NCBI RefSeq assembly: GCF_052425735.1
Contig: NC_135770.1
Location: forward strand, 24,924,001 to 24,988,000
Direction of reading: 5' to 3'
Length of the DNA stretch: 64,000 nucleotides
From: Oculina patagonica
Taxonomy: Eukaryota
The notes under the pieces were generated by a model. The model had not been told where the DNA came from and made no database searches. It was given only the letters and a program-made list of their open reading frames with translations. The translations under genes and the position numbers were made by a program. This document shows, one piece after another, positions 12,834 to 24,159 of this stretch (the first letter of the stretch is position 1; each line of letters starts with the position of its first letter).

Positions 12834-14362
12834 AATGTAGCTTCGCATCAACCAGTGCTCATAATATTTAGCGACGGGTCGGACAACTCGTATGGCGCCT
12901 GCGCATACGCGCGGTGGAGCCTACCAGAAGGGAAATATGACAGCAGATTGATAATGTCAAAGAATCGCCTTGCCCCGAACAAGAAAGTATCGATAGATCG
13001 AGTTGAGCTGTGTGCTACAGTCTTGAGCAAAAGGCTTAAGACTTTCCTCCAAAGAGAATCTCGATACCAGTTCTCAAAATTCTACCACATCGTCGATTCG
13101 CAGATAGTATACGGCATGATCCAGAAGCAATCGTATGGCTTTAACTCCTTCGCCGCCACACGTGTAGGAGAAATCCAAGAGGGGACGGACCCTAAAGATT
13201 GGTATTGGATTGAGAGTAAACATAATATCGCTGACTGGATAACTCGCGGAAAGACGTCGAAAGAAATTGACCACGACAGTGCTTGGCAGAGAGGCCCTAG
13301 CTTTCTACAGCTACCGGAATCTCAATGGCCAATCAGCAAAGTGTCCATAACGCAGGAGTTACCTGATAAACTGAAAACGACGATGGTGGCAGATGCTAAG
13401 ATCGTAGACACCCTAGCAGGAAGGATGAATATCCACAAGTATTCCGGCTATACAAGATTGTTGCGGGTGACAGGAAGAGTGCTTGCCATGTATAAGCACG
13501 ATCCTAAGCCACCACTTAAAAGCGCAGTCCGACCATTAACTCCTTCTGACATAAGTGACGCGGAAAGATTTTGGATTCAAGACTGTCAGAAACTTATTCA
13601 TCCAGCCATCCAAAAGGGGAGATTCAAACGGCTCAGTCCAAGGGTGCGAGAAGATGGAACAATCGTGGTCGGAAACCGAGCTCGAGAATGGGTTGAGATG
13701 AGCTACGATAAAAGCGAAATAATCCTACTACCCTATGGACACCATTTTACGCGACTCTACGCGGAATACATACACCGTAGAGGACATCACGGAGTAGCGA
13801 CGACAGTCAGTAAAATTCGCACCCGCTTCTGGATACCCAAGGTACACAACATGGTAAAATCCATCAAGTTCAATTGTATGACATGCAGGATACTAGATGC
13901 TAATCCGAGCGAGCAAACAATGGGAAACCTACCCCAAGAGAGACTTAAGCCATCTCCACCTTGGCACAACACCGCTATAGATTTGTTTGGACCCTTCAAG
14001 GTACGAGATGAAGTAAAGAAGCGGACCACAGGAAAATGCTATGGAGTGTTGTTTAACTGTATGAGCACAAGAGCGGTACACGTGGATCTGGCTCCTGACT
14101 ACAGTACGGAGAAATTTCTGCTTGTTTTACGAAGATTCGTATCACTGGAGGTTATCCAGCTAAACTTTACTCTGATAACGGACCGCAGCTGGTAGCGGCT
14201 AATCAGGAATTGCAGAAGATGACCAAGAGCTGGAACTGGCAAGATCTTAACGAATTTGGAGTAACTGAGGGTTTCCAGTGGGAGTTCATCCCCGCCGATG
14301 CCCCTTGGCAAAACGGGATATCAGAAGCATTGATCAAATCCATCAAAAGAGCTATAACGTTA
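12832..14362 (+). pseudogene. pol: inverted BEL RNase H-integrase segment
   Basis: FSDGS...YGACAY, ELC, DSQIV, NIAD; HHCC zinc finger (HRRGHHG...CMTC); D (IDLFGP), D (SDNG), E (SEAL). Frameshift near 14148; opposite strand to the rest of the element. Confidence 0.92.
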
Positions 14363-16262
14363 TTTTCTCGATCCCGTATACTTCGAAAAGGATTCGTTTT
14401 CCTTGGACGTCAATTAGTGGGAGCTGGTATTTTCTGGATGATATCTTCTCCTCATCCGCGCCAACCTTAACAAGGGTGAGCTCCAACGGGGTGCCGTGAA
14501 GTCTTTCAGCCTTTGCCTTATTGTTCGTTATAAAGCTCAAAGACGATGCATTGTCCCACATGACGTTGACAAATCCTCTTGGGGTTCGGATTCTTTGCAG
14601 TTGGAGGAGGCACCTGTCTCCAGGAAGGCTGGTACATGCGTTCGATGGGGCTGGAGTGGGTGCGGCATTTGAAGGTGCAGAGCTGCTACTGACTTCCCTC
14701 TCGTGTAATGTTACATGATGTTTCTTCTTGCAGTTGCTTACGCCGCATTCCTTTGCTTTCTTGCAATTGCGTAACCGATATCCATACCTCAAGCAGGACC
14801 AACACGCTCCTTTCTCCCTCAGCATCTTGATCCTCTCTCCTACTGGCTTGGACAAGTAGAGTTTTCATTCACTTGTGAAATGCTCTGCGTTGTCGTGGAA
14901 CACGCATTTGCTGAAGGTTCCGGGTCTTTGGTGATCCTTATTCCCCGTTGCGGCGGCGTAGTGGGTAAATACTTTCGCGATCGGCGCGCTGGAGATTCTG
15001 AGTTCGGCGCTGTCATATTCAATGGCGCGCTTTTGTGTTAGCAGAAACTGGAGAAGGCTTGGAAATTTGTTGGTTCTGTCGACTGGACTGGGTTCCGAAC
15101 TTAGCAGTTTTGCCCATTCCTTTCTTATGTCGGTTGGCAGTTTCCTCTCGATGATGCCGACCGAGCTTGTCGTCGTTATTTCACTCTCTAATCCAAGCCT
15201 CCTCAGGTCCCTGTGGCCATCTTCAATGATGTTGACAAGTTCAACAAATCGCTTGTTTTCCCCTTCTTGAACAGCCTTGACTCGTCTAATATCGTTTATT
15301 ATCGCGTCAGCGACTTTGGTCGGGTCTCCATAGATTTCGTCTAACCTCTTCCACATTTCTTCGATGTCATCGCCCACACTTTTCACTCTCGCCAGGGGTT
15401 CTTTGCCCAGACAAGATCGCAGAGTGTAGGGTGCCGTATCTCTCGTTAAATGCGGCATGACTTGCTTTTGAAAGTCACTCTTGAACTGAGGATACTCTCT
15501 TAGCTCTCCCTCAAATCGAGGCATTCGGATTTTTTCCAAGTGTAGATTGGTCGAGGTTGCACAGGCAGCTTGTTTGACCTTGAAATCTCCTCCAGTTGGG
15601 TTGGAATCCTTGTTTTCGTCAGCATCGATGTGATTCTCCAGTTGTTCTACAAGTTCGTTGTATTTGCTTTGAACGATTGCAATCCATTTTATTTCCGTTT
15701 CTGCTGATTGCCTGTCCAACAATTCAAGTAGCTTGTCATGGGCCATTTTGCATTGGCTAAATGTATCCCCCAATTGGCTCTGGAGCTTCTTCATGAGCGA
15801 AACCGAGATCCTTTCGCCCTCTAAGGTATGTGCAGTACTATCACATAAAGTGTCGAATATCGCGCGCGCAGTTTCTCTCTTCACAAAGGCTTGTTCCGCC
15901 GCCCTTTGTATCTGCTCGCGCTCCTTTCTGTTCGATTCTTCGCGATTCTCTTCGGCGCGCGCTCTGGCTTCTGAAACCCCGATATCATTTACGTAGTCTA
16001 TTTTCAAGGCTGTTGCCTGGACGAACAGGTCTTGAAGTTCGGTGATCCAGCTGTCTGTGGCTTCTGCCTCTTCATCTGTGAGATGCATTACGTAAATGTC
16101 GTGCTTACCTTCTAGAATGGCCCACGCCTCGGTAAGCTGAGCGAAGTTGAGTTCTACGACTTCGATACCTCTTCTGTCAGCGATCGACTTCAGAAGTTCG
16201 TTCCGTTTGCGTGTGAATCGTGCTTTCGCCGATCGTCTGATACTCTTGGCTTCTTCTGCCAT
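14359..16262 (-). pseudogene. gag: BEL gag (DUF1759-like, zinc knuckles) and start of protease
   Basis: LEKIRMPRFEGELREYPQFKSDF; CVFHDNAEHFTSE* (stop at the expected Cys, 14865-14867); CWSCLRYGYRLRNC; CGVSNCKKKHHVTLH; MWDNASSLSFI protease site. Confidence 0.9.
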
Positions 16263-16287
16263 CCTGGTCCGGACGATGAAGTATGCG

Positions 16288-16296
16288 GGTTTCGAA
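16288..16296 (-). promoter_or_regulatory. non-canonical primer-binding site TTCGAAACC (candidate self-priming)
   Basis: No TGG tRNA-type PBS after the 5' LTR; this 9-mer is the exact reverse complement of LTR positions 16382-16390. Confidence 0.6.
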
Positions 16297-16615
16297 TGTT
16301 TCCTCTGCCGCAGATAAAGTGACCAGCCAAAGTTTTCAAAGGACTCTCTGTTTATTCATCAGTGTCGGTAACACAAAGTCTTTCGAAACCTGACAGTAAC
16401 GATAGTTAGATGGTTAATGATTAGCTTACAAGTATTCAATACATTCACAAAGATAGTTACCCGATGGCTTCACTACGAGCTTTAACGGCAGGGAAAGCGT
16501 CTGAGCCGGCGTTTGATCTTTCCGTTTGGATCTTAATTAACGACTATGACGTAAGCGAGTTAATTAGTGATTATGATGTTAATAAATGCACTTAATTTCG
16601 TTCACCGACGAAACA
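16297..16615 (-). repeat. 5' LTR (319 bp)
   Basis: Identical to 9666-9984 by eye; sense strand has TCAG followed ~35 nt later by AATAAA. Confidence 0.97.
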
Positions 16616-17890
16616 GAGGTCACATGACATCTAAAAACTGTTTCCCGCCAAAAGTCTTTGAGCGGGCAACATTGGAAAATCTATGACGTCAGAGGGTAAC
16701 AGTGCAATGTTGCCCGCGAATATTGACCGACGACCGCCGTTTTTCTTAGTCTTCGTTGTGCTATTTTACAAATCACTTAATGACTAGTCCTTCGGGAAAC
16801 CAGTTAATTTTGTTTTCCTCGGGACCAGTCTTTTTAAGTGTATAGTGTTTCTGGGAGCATATAAGTATGAAAAAAGAGAGCAAAGCAAAACACTAAAGAC
16901 AGAGTGACAGGTGTGATAATTGAGATTTTTATTTTTGACCATACTGTGTGGCAGGGGACAATCCGATCGATGGTGAGCTATCAGAGAGTGATTTTGATCT
17001 CGGTCAGAAAACTTAAGTTAAAAAGGTCATTTTTTCAAATTATTTTGAGAGTCTATCTAGTTAGAAGAATGTTTGATGTAAGAAGAGAGCTGAGCAATTG
17101 TTGTAAGACGGTTGCACAGGTTTAATCAACTGTTCCTTAGGAATGATAAATGCGATGTTGAAATAAGTCGGAGATGTTTTTTAGTTGGAAAAACATTTGT
17201 TTCGTGTGTTTCTCAGCTGACTGAGAGTTTTATAGAAAATACCGTAAAACAAAAATAGTGATTTCTAAGATAGAAGTTTATCTTAAAACTGTTTTAAAAA
17301 CACAAATCTCTATAGGTTGTCATTTGACAAACTGAAATGTTTTCAAATGTTTTGAAAATATAGAAAAAGCTTGTCATGAAGTTCTGGAGATCTAGATTTA
17401 GTGGAATATATTCTTTCACTAAAGTATCTTGGGCAATTTTCCTAGGTTTTTTCAACCATCTTATACTTTCGCTACTCCCTATGGGCTGTCTCTTTAACTC
17501 TATTTGGCATTTTTTTTGGATGTGTAACTTATTAACACTTTCAGTATCCTTCGATGTCAAGGTAAATAAGCGCTGTGTCATTTTTATCGCAGGGAATCGA
17601 GTTCCAGAAATAAGTCTGACTTGAACTGTTCCTTCAGGGGTTCGATCAAAATACTTCTGCGTGCTAAGGAACGAATCGTAAGGGTCTCGGAGATTGCGTT
17701 TTTGTCCCGAAGTGCGCATGCAGTGTGCAATTTAAAACGCCATAAAATTAGTCATTTACATTATTTATTCCAATCACCATGTTTTATTTGTTTTACAACA
17801 CTGTTTTTGCCTCAAAATCTAACTAGAACAGTTGTTGGGTTAATCAGTTAACTTCAGAGCTGGATGAAAAAGACATGGAGACAGTTCTTA

Positions 17891-19006
17891 TCACTGCACC
17901 AAGATATAACCCATGGTTTTGATGTGTTTGTCTCCATTATCTGATGAGTGCGTGGCTTCGTTTCCACACGTGTTGGAGTCATCATGGTGCCCCCCAGTAC
18001 CAAACCCGATTCTGGAGTCGCAAGTAGCGCAGTTGTTTTGATTGTTGCCAAGGATGCCAATTCTTGCTTTGGATTGCTGAGAGCTGTCACCAACTGCATT
18101 AAACCCTTCTTTGTTGCAGAAAGACTGTAACGAGGCCTGTGAACCAATCAGCGTCTTCCATGCGTGACGACCCAGTGAGGTGGATCGGAATTTCCCGTCA
18201 GCGATCAGTGAGTACAGAGAGTTGGCCTGCTTGTTGATGACAAGGAACCTGATATGACGGCCGATCTTCATACCAAGACAAATCTTAGAGAACGGCGTGT
18301 TCCAGTAGGTCGGTAACTTGGTCTCGTGATTATCAAACCCAGTCTTTCCTCCAGGAATGTTAAACTCGTTCTTGTTGCTCCAGAGTTGGGAATTGTAGTG
18401 GAAGGTTGACTAGATGAGAAGAAAGGAAAAGTTCAACTTAGCTTAATATTCACAACTGCTGTAACCTCCTTCAAATTCGCCAAACGTTGAATGGGGTAAT
18501 ATGGGAGGGTTAAATAAGTCACAGTCTTTGATTTCGTCTGTTATTAAACCTTATGGCCATCAGTTTTCATGACCAGTGTCCATCCTCCACCACCGCATGC
18601 GCCAATACCGTAGCTGGTCATGTGACAATACACAGGAATCTTTCCACTGTTGGTCTGCAGCAAGTACACCTTGTTTCCTCGCGACCTGATAAATGAAACT
18701 AAATATATAAGACACAGCCTACAAAAGCAATTCTCTGTAACTGCATAACAACTTGGAGTTAAAGTGACCTACTCCTTGAGAGGTCAATAAAAAGAAAGCG
18801 ACGAAACAATGTAATGAAGGCTATATTTTACCTGGTTGATTACCGACATTCAAAGCACGAGCAATAGCTTTGATATCGGCTTCAACATTCCTGAGCCTTT
18901 TATCAAAAGATTTGCATGAGTCACTTGATGCTCCCATGACGGTGAACACAAAAAGAACCTCTATCAAGGCGAGCGCGCAAACCCAAGCCTTCAGCGACAA
19001 GTACAT
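17891..19006 (-). pseudogene. USOMP5-like paralogue C, exon 2 deleted
   Basis: Exons 19006-18832, 18685-18550 and 18409-17891 are each open, but the 43-nt SC..IY exon of B/D is absent, so a phase-1 donor meets a phase-2 acceptor. Confidence 0.75.
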
Positions 19007-19009
19007 CTT

Positions 19010-22000
19010 CAGTTTTCGTTAAACTTTCGATCTTCAAACCAAGCTGAACAAACTGAACACTTTACAACTAATAGAATAAAACTAAGCTCTAAGTACATTA
19101 CATATACACAGACGTTTTGTAAACACAACGAGAAAATTTTCTCGCTGACCCCTAACGCCCAATCGTGGTTGTTCTATTCTATTCTATTTAATTTTATCCT
19201 TGAAGTTTGTTGGCTTAATGAGGTTTATTGACAATACGACTAACCAGTTTGATAAAATGAATCACACCACATTAAGCCTCGATTCGCTATCATAAAATTT
19301 TGCCAATTTGTACTCCGCTGTTCTCGTTTTGGGGTTATTTTCTGCTTGTAAGTCTTAAAAGCTGTACTTAAAATTAAGTTAACTGTCCCGTTTTTGCGGA
19401 AGTTAAACTTATCAAACGTCACGCGTCTCAGACAGTATTTAGATTTGATCGAGATTTAATTATTCCACATGTTCCACGAGTTACGAAATCTTCGCATGAA
19501 TGTTGTAGCTTATGTCGCAAAGAGAGTCTTCAAATGCATTCTTCGTTCAAGGCAGCTTTACAATGCCGGCCAAATTTTATTAAAAATTACAAAACAAAAA
19601 TATTTCCCGTGAAATTGTGTGTATCCGCGCGATTTTATGACTTCGAGAGTGGGGGCGTTTTTGTTTGATGCTACAAATCGTCTGTCGCGTGGACCCCACG
19701 CGCCTTACGATCTCCGTCCCCTGCTAAAGTCAAAATACTTGAGTGAAATTAAGGTACGAGTGCCTCTTCATTTGTCATGTTTGTAACAATTTACTTGATT
19801 GCAGAAAGTTGAAGTTTATCCCGGCAAAACTTCAATCCTTTGAAGCTTCGATACAAAAAACAATAGTTTGCTAATTAAAATCAAGCAATAACCTTGTCAG
19901 ACTTTACCGACCTTCAGGAAATGACGATACAAGTATTAGTTTAAGTAAATCAACAAAGAATTGAAAAACAAATGAGATTGTGTAACAATTTCTTCCTGTC
20001 GATGTCATAACACCAAAGCTACATCTTAATCTGTATCGACTTTATTTTTTACAAGACTGTAATTTATCGTTGCAGATCTGGAGACGTTTTCTGAGAGAGA
20101 TGAAAATCACTTTGCGCCTACTCTGATGGCTCGCCATCGATCGGATAAGCCCCTGCTACACAATATCGCCTAACATGAAAATCTTTATTATTACAGCTGT
20201 TAAACTGACAACAACGGAAACGACCTTGCTGTGTCTTATATTAGTGTTAAGGGACTACACAGAAGATGATTGACATTTCAAGCTGCTATTCTCTTTTAGA
20301 CTATTTGCTATGTTAGCATTTGCCATGTTAGCGGTATGTAACCACAGTCGAAGCTCCCGTAAGCGGCGTGCTCCTCACAAGTGTTTGTTGTGTTTCAGGT
20401 GTTGGCAATCCCTCGTAATAATATCGAGTAGAATGTCCACTTGGCACTTATTTAAATTAGTTCATATGAATTCGCCGGTGACTATGCAGTCCGATTCGGC
20501 AAGAAAAAAATTCTCGGACAGACTGGACATCTGAATTTAGTAGAGGTTGGAACTGCGCTGGCATCTTTTTGTCTCTCTTTTCTTGCCAAGCGGAGTCTCT
20601 CACTGTGTTCCTTTATCTGTTGCTCATTGTGCGCCTCATCAGTTTGGATTGCATTTCTCCAGCTAGGCCGGTCGTTGGCTCACTGCTCCCAGTTTTCGGG
20701 GTTGATGCCGCACTGCTTCAGGTTGTGTTAATGGGTATCCTTAAAGCGTTTTTGTTGCCTTGCCTTGTTTTTGACTCCTTGCACCAGGGAAATCTCAGCT
20801 TAGCCCTGAAGCACCGTTTCGAAGCTTTGGATAGTGAAGACCTGAGTGTAGATGATGCATGGAGAGGGTATCGAGACATCTACCGCAGCACGGTGACTGA
20901 AACTCTTGGGCAAAGGGGGAAAGCATTGGTTGAGCCCCTCTATCTGGAACTACATTGAAGACGTGTGCCTAAACACAGCCTCATGAACTGCCGTTCAAAA
21001 CGAGTGAAGGAACAAAGACAGCACCTTTACCAGATGAAAGACAAGGAAGTTAATAAAAAGAGCGAGAGCAGACAAAAGGAGGCCTTTGGTAAAAATCGCA
21101 GAAGAGGCTAAAAGAGTAGCGCACCAGAATAACCTGTAATGAAGACGAAGCTACTTAGCGGATGCTTTAAGAAGCAAAGCACTGGGATACGGGCTAAAGA
21201 TGGTAAAGTCATCACCACAGAGGAAGACGTGCTTGAAGGATGGCGAGAACATTTCTACGAGGTCTTGAACGTGGCTTGCGAAGAATCTGACTTTCCTGAA
21301 GGATGCCAGCTCGACGCCTGCAAAGGACCTATAGAGATAGATACGAGCCCCTTCGCAATCCAAGAGGTAAGACGAGCCATATCTCGGCTGAAGAATGGTA
21401 AAGCTACCGGTGTGAACAGCATCAGTGCAGAAATGCTGAAAGCCAGCCCCGCAATCGCCTTGAACCGTCTTCTGTACATCTGCAACCAGTGTAACCGACT
21501 CTCAACCAGTGTAAAGCCCCGTCTGACTGGAGGAGATCTCTCATGGCCAGAATGCTGGGGGATTCGTCTATCTGTGATAATTACCGAGGAATTTCCTTAT
21601 TTTCAGTACCTTACAAGGTCTTCTGCCGAATGCTCCTGTTAGGACGCAGGAAGCAGTCGTGAAGAGATAACGGCAAGAGCAGGCCGCCTACCGAAGAGGA
21701 AGTAGAACAACTGAACAGATCTTCATCCCTAGAAATATCTTAGAACAGAGTACTGAGTGGCAAGCGCCTTTGTACATTGGTTTCATTGACATCCAGAAGG
21801 CATTCTATAGCGTAAAACGAGACTGGCTCTGTAACATCCTTAGGCATAACGGCTTTCCTGACAACTTCGTCAACATCATACGAGAACTTTACAATGGAAG
21901 CACCCGCTGCTGTGTTGTTGAACTTCGGCAGACATCAGACAGGTTTCCTGTAAAGACAGGTGTCATGCAGGGCTGTGTTATGTCTGGTTTTCTTTTCAAA

Positions 22001-22570
22001 ATCATCACTGACTAGATAATAAAGAACACCAGCAACACAAAAAGAGGTTTGAGATGGAAGCTCAACGCAGTCCTAAATAATCTTGACTATGCAAACGATA
22101 TAGCTCTTCTCTCACGCCGGCACAAAGACCTCCGTGAGAAGTGCAACCGCCTCCATCAGCTCCCAAGGTTCACTGGTCTACGCATCAACACCACCAATAC
22201 AAAGGTTGCTGACCCGATTTTCATCGACAGACAAGAAGTTGTAGACGTCAACTCATTCATCTACCTAGGAGCCACCGTCCACGGAGAAGGTGGATCACAC
22301 GAAGGCATCACTCGCCGGAGAAGAGCAAATGCCACGCTTAATCCTGTCTAGAGGTCAATGATGCAGCAGATATTGAGCAGCTAGACGTTTTGCACCGAAC
22401 ATTTCTATGGAGAGACTCGGCATATACTGGCCACACGATCGCTAACTGTGATCTCTATAGAAGAGCTAGGGAGAGACCTATCTCAGAAATCGTGAAGGTA
22501 AGGCGATGGAGATGGATGGGTCATTTCTTGAGGAGAGGGAAAGACACAACTGTCAAGTTGCTCTCACCTG
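19010..22570. repeat. segmental duplication, copy 1 (copy 2 at ~25840-29570)
   Basis: Colinear and highly similar promoter, MITE end and RTE pair upstream of genes C and D. Confidence 0.92.
20380..20786 (-). mobile_element. 3' fragment of an RTE-clade LINE with C-terminal C2H2 finger
   Basis: Minus-strand translation GRQQKRFKDT..NLKQCGINPENWEQ*ANDRPSWRNAI...KFRCPVCPRI..RIGLHSHRRIH. Confidence 0.75.
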
Positions 22571-22577
22571 GAAAATA
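20787..22577 (+). mobile_element. 5'-truncated degraded RTE LINE (RT), 3' end lost
   Basis: LKHRFEAL, WREHF, LKNGKATG.N.I.AEMLK, FIDIQKAF, GVMQGC, LDYAND, FIYLG, RRWRWMGH; many stops and frameshifts. Confidence 0.9.
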
Positions 22578-24159
22578 AGAGGCAATTCCCAAAACAAACT
22601 GTAAAATCTAAAGAAAATGTTGACAAACAAAACAAAGCACAAACGTCTTACTGTTTTGTGCAAAGATTTTCCTTTAACAACTCCAAAGCTCATAACTGAT
22701 AAAGAGCTCCATTGCATATTACGTGTTTCATATTCCCGCATTCTTTTTTTTGGAAGGTTACTGCTGTTATTACTAAGTAATAAGGTTAAACTTTCAATAG
22801 TGTTGATAGTGTCGGACAAAAAAAAAAGAAAAAAAAGAAAATAATTCAAAAGAGGTGGTTAAAGGTCTTCATTTTCAGTGTTTCCCAGACCCAAACTGTT
22901 TTGCTAGTACTTAGCGTTTTCGTTTGCTCTCCCTTTTCTTGCTTAAATTCTTCTATACTTATTTTTGTGATGTTCACCCAGAATTTTATGCCCAATTAAT
23001 CTTGCGCACTGATATTTTAGTTGTATTATGGTTATTGTCACGCTAGAGAAGAAATGTGTCTCTGTAGTCCGTCATATACGTTATTACGCTCTTTTGCACT
23101 TAGCGAGTTTCGAATGTTTAAAAAATTCAATCCCAATTCAACCAAGGCACTTGTTGTTGGCACAAACTATTCACTCAAGAAACGCAAAAGACCGTAAATG
23201 TTGAAATCGAAATATTTTTTAAATATTTTTTAATTGTCATATAGAATGTATTCATTTCGAGTTTCCAAATTAGTATGGGTTTTCCCGAGCTTAGTGGTTA
23301 TTTGACACGTTAATAAAGTTTCTATTTTATATTTTATTCTATCTAATTTCATATTTCAAATTCTAGCCTTCTCTTTTTTCGCTATATTTCAGCCACATTA
23401 AAATTTTCTAAAGCATGCAAATGCCTTTCAGTTAATTAGAGATACATTGTTTCTTGTGTTTTTATCTGAGATTTTATTGAAAAATATCTAAGCCAAAAAA
23501 GGTCATTTCTAAGATGGAAGTTCCATTTTCAAATTGTTTTAAAGACAGAAAAATCCCTTTTGTTTGTCATTTGACAAATGTTTTCTCTGAAAACTGTGCA
23601 AAACAACATGTGGGTATGGCGTTCTGGAGATTTAGTGGGAAATATTCTTTTACTTGGCAAATATTCTTTCACTGGACAATTTTCCTCTGATTTTTTCAAC
23701 CATCTTGTGCTTTTGAGACATACTTCTCTCAATGGGCTGTCTCTTTAACTCTTTTTGGCATTTTTTTCGATGTGTTACTTGGGAGTCATCAATATTTATC
23801 GTCATTAACAATTTAGTATTCCTTCGATGTCAAGGTATATTAGCGCTGTATTTTTATCGCAGGTAATCGAGTTTCAGAAATAAGTCCGACTTGAGCTGTT
23901 CATTCAGGGGTTTGATATAAGTACTTCTGCGTGCAGTCAAACTAATTATTACAAGAGTCTTGAAGATTGCGCTTGTCTCGATGTGCAGTCTGCAATTTTA
24001 ATACACAATAATATTAGGCACAAACATTATTTATTCCCATCACCACGTTTTATTTGTTTTACAACACTGTTTTTTTCTTCTCAAAATCAAACTACAACAG
24101 TTGTTGGGTAAATCAGTTAACTTCAGAGCTGGATGAAAAAGGCATGGAGACAGTTCTTA

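Larger units (their letters stand above)
9666..16615 (-). mobile_element. BEL/Pao LTR retrotransposon, full length, internally rearranged
   Basis: TG...CA LTRs at 9666-9984 and 16297-16615, 5-bp TSD GAGGT (9661-9665, 16616-16620), PPT, and Pao-type gag, protease, RT, RNase H and integrase motifs. Confidence 0.97.
9609..16843 (+). mobile_element. hairpin-ended element split by the BEL insertion (9609-9665 + 16616-16843)
   Basis: Text rejoins across the TSD (attggctacttcGAGGTcacatgac); ends in a collapsed palindrome gactagtccttcgggaaac...tttcctcgggaccagtc. Confidence 0.6.

Noticed and set aside
16288-16296. PBS as a match to a tRNA T-loop (GGUUCGAA)
   Set aside because: The required complement is GGUUUCGAA with three U, so the match is imperfect, while the LTR match is exact; not fully excluded without a tRNA search.
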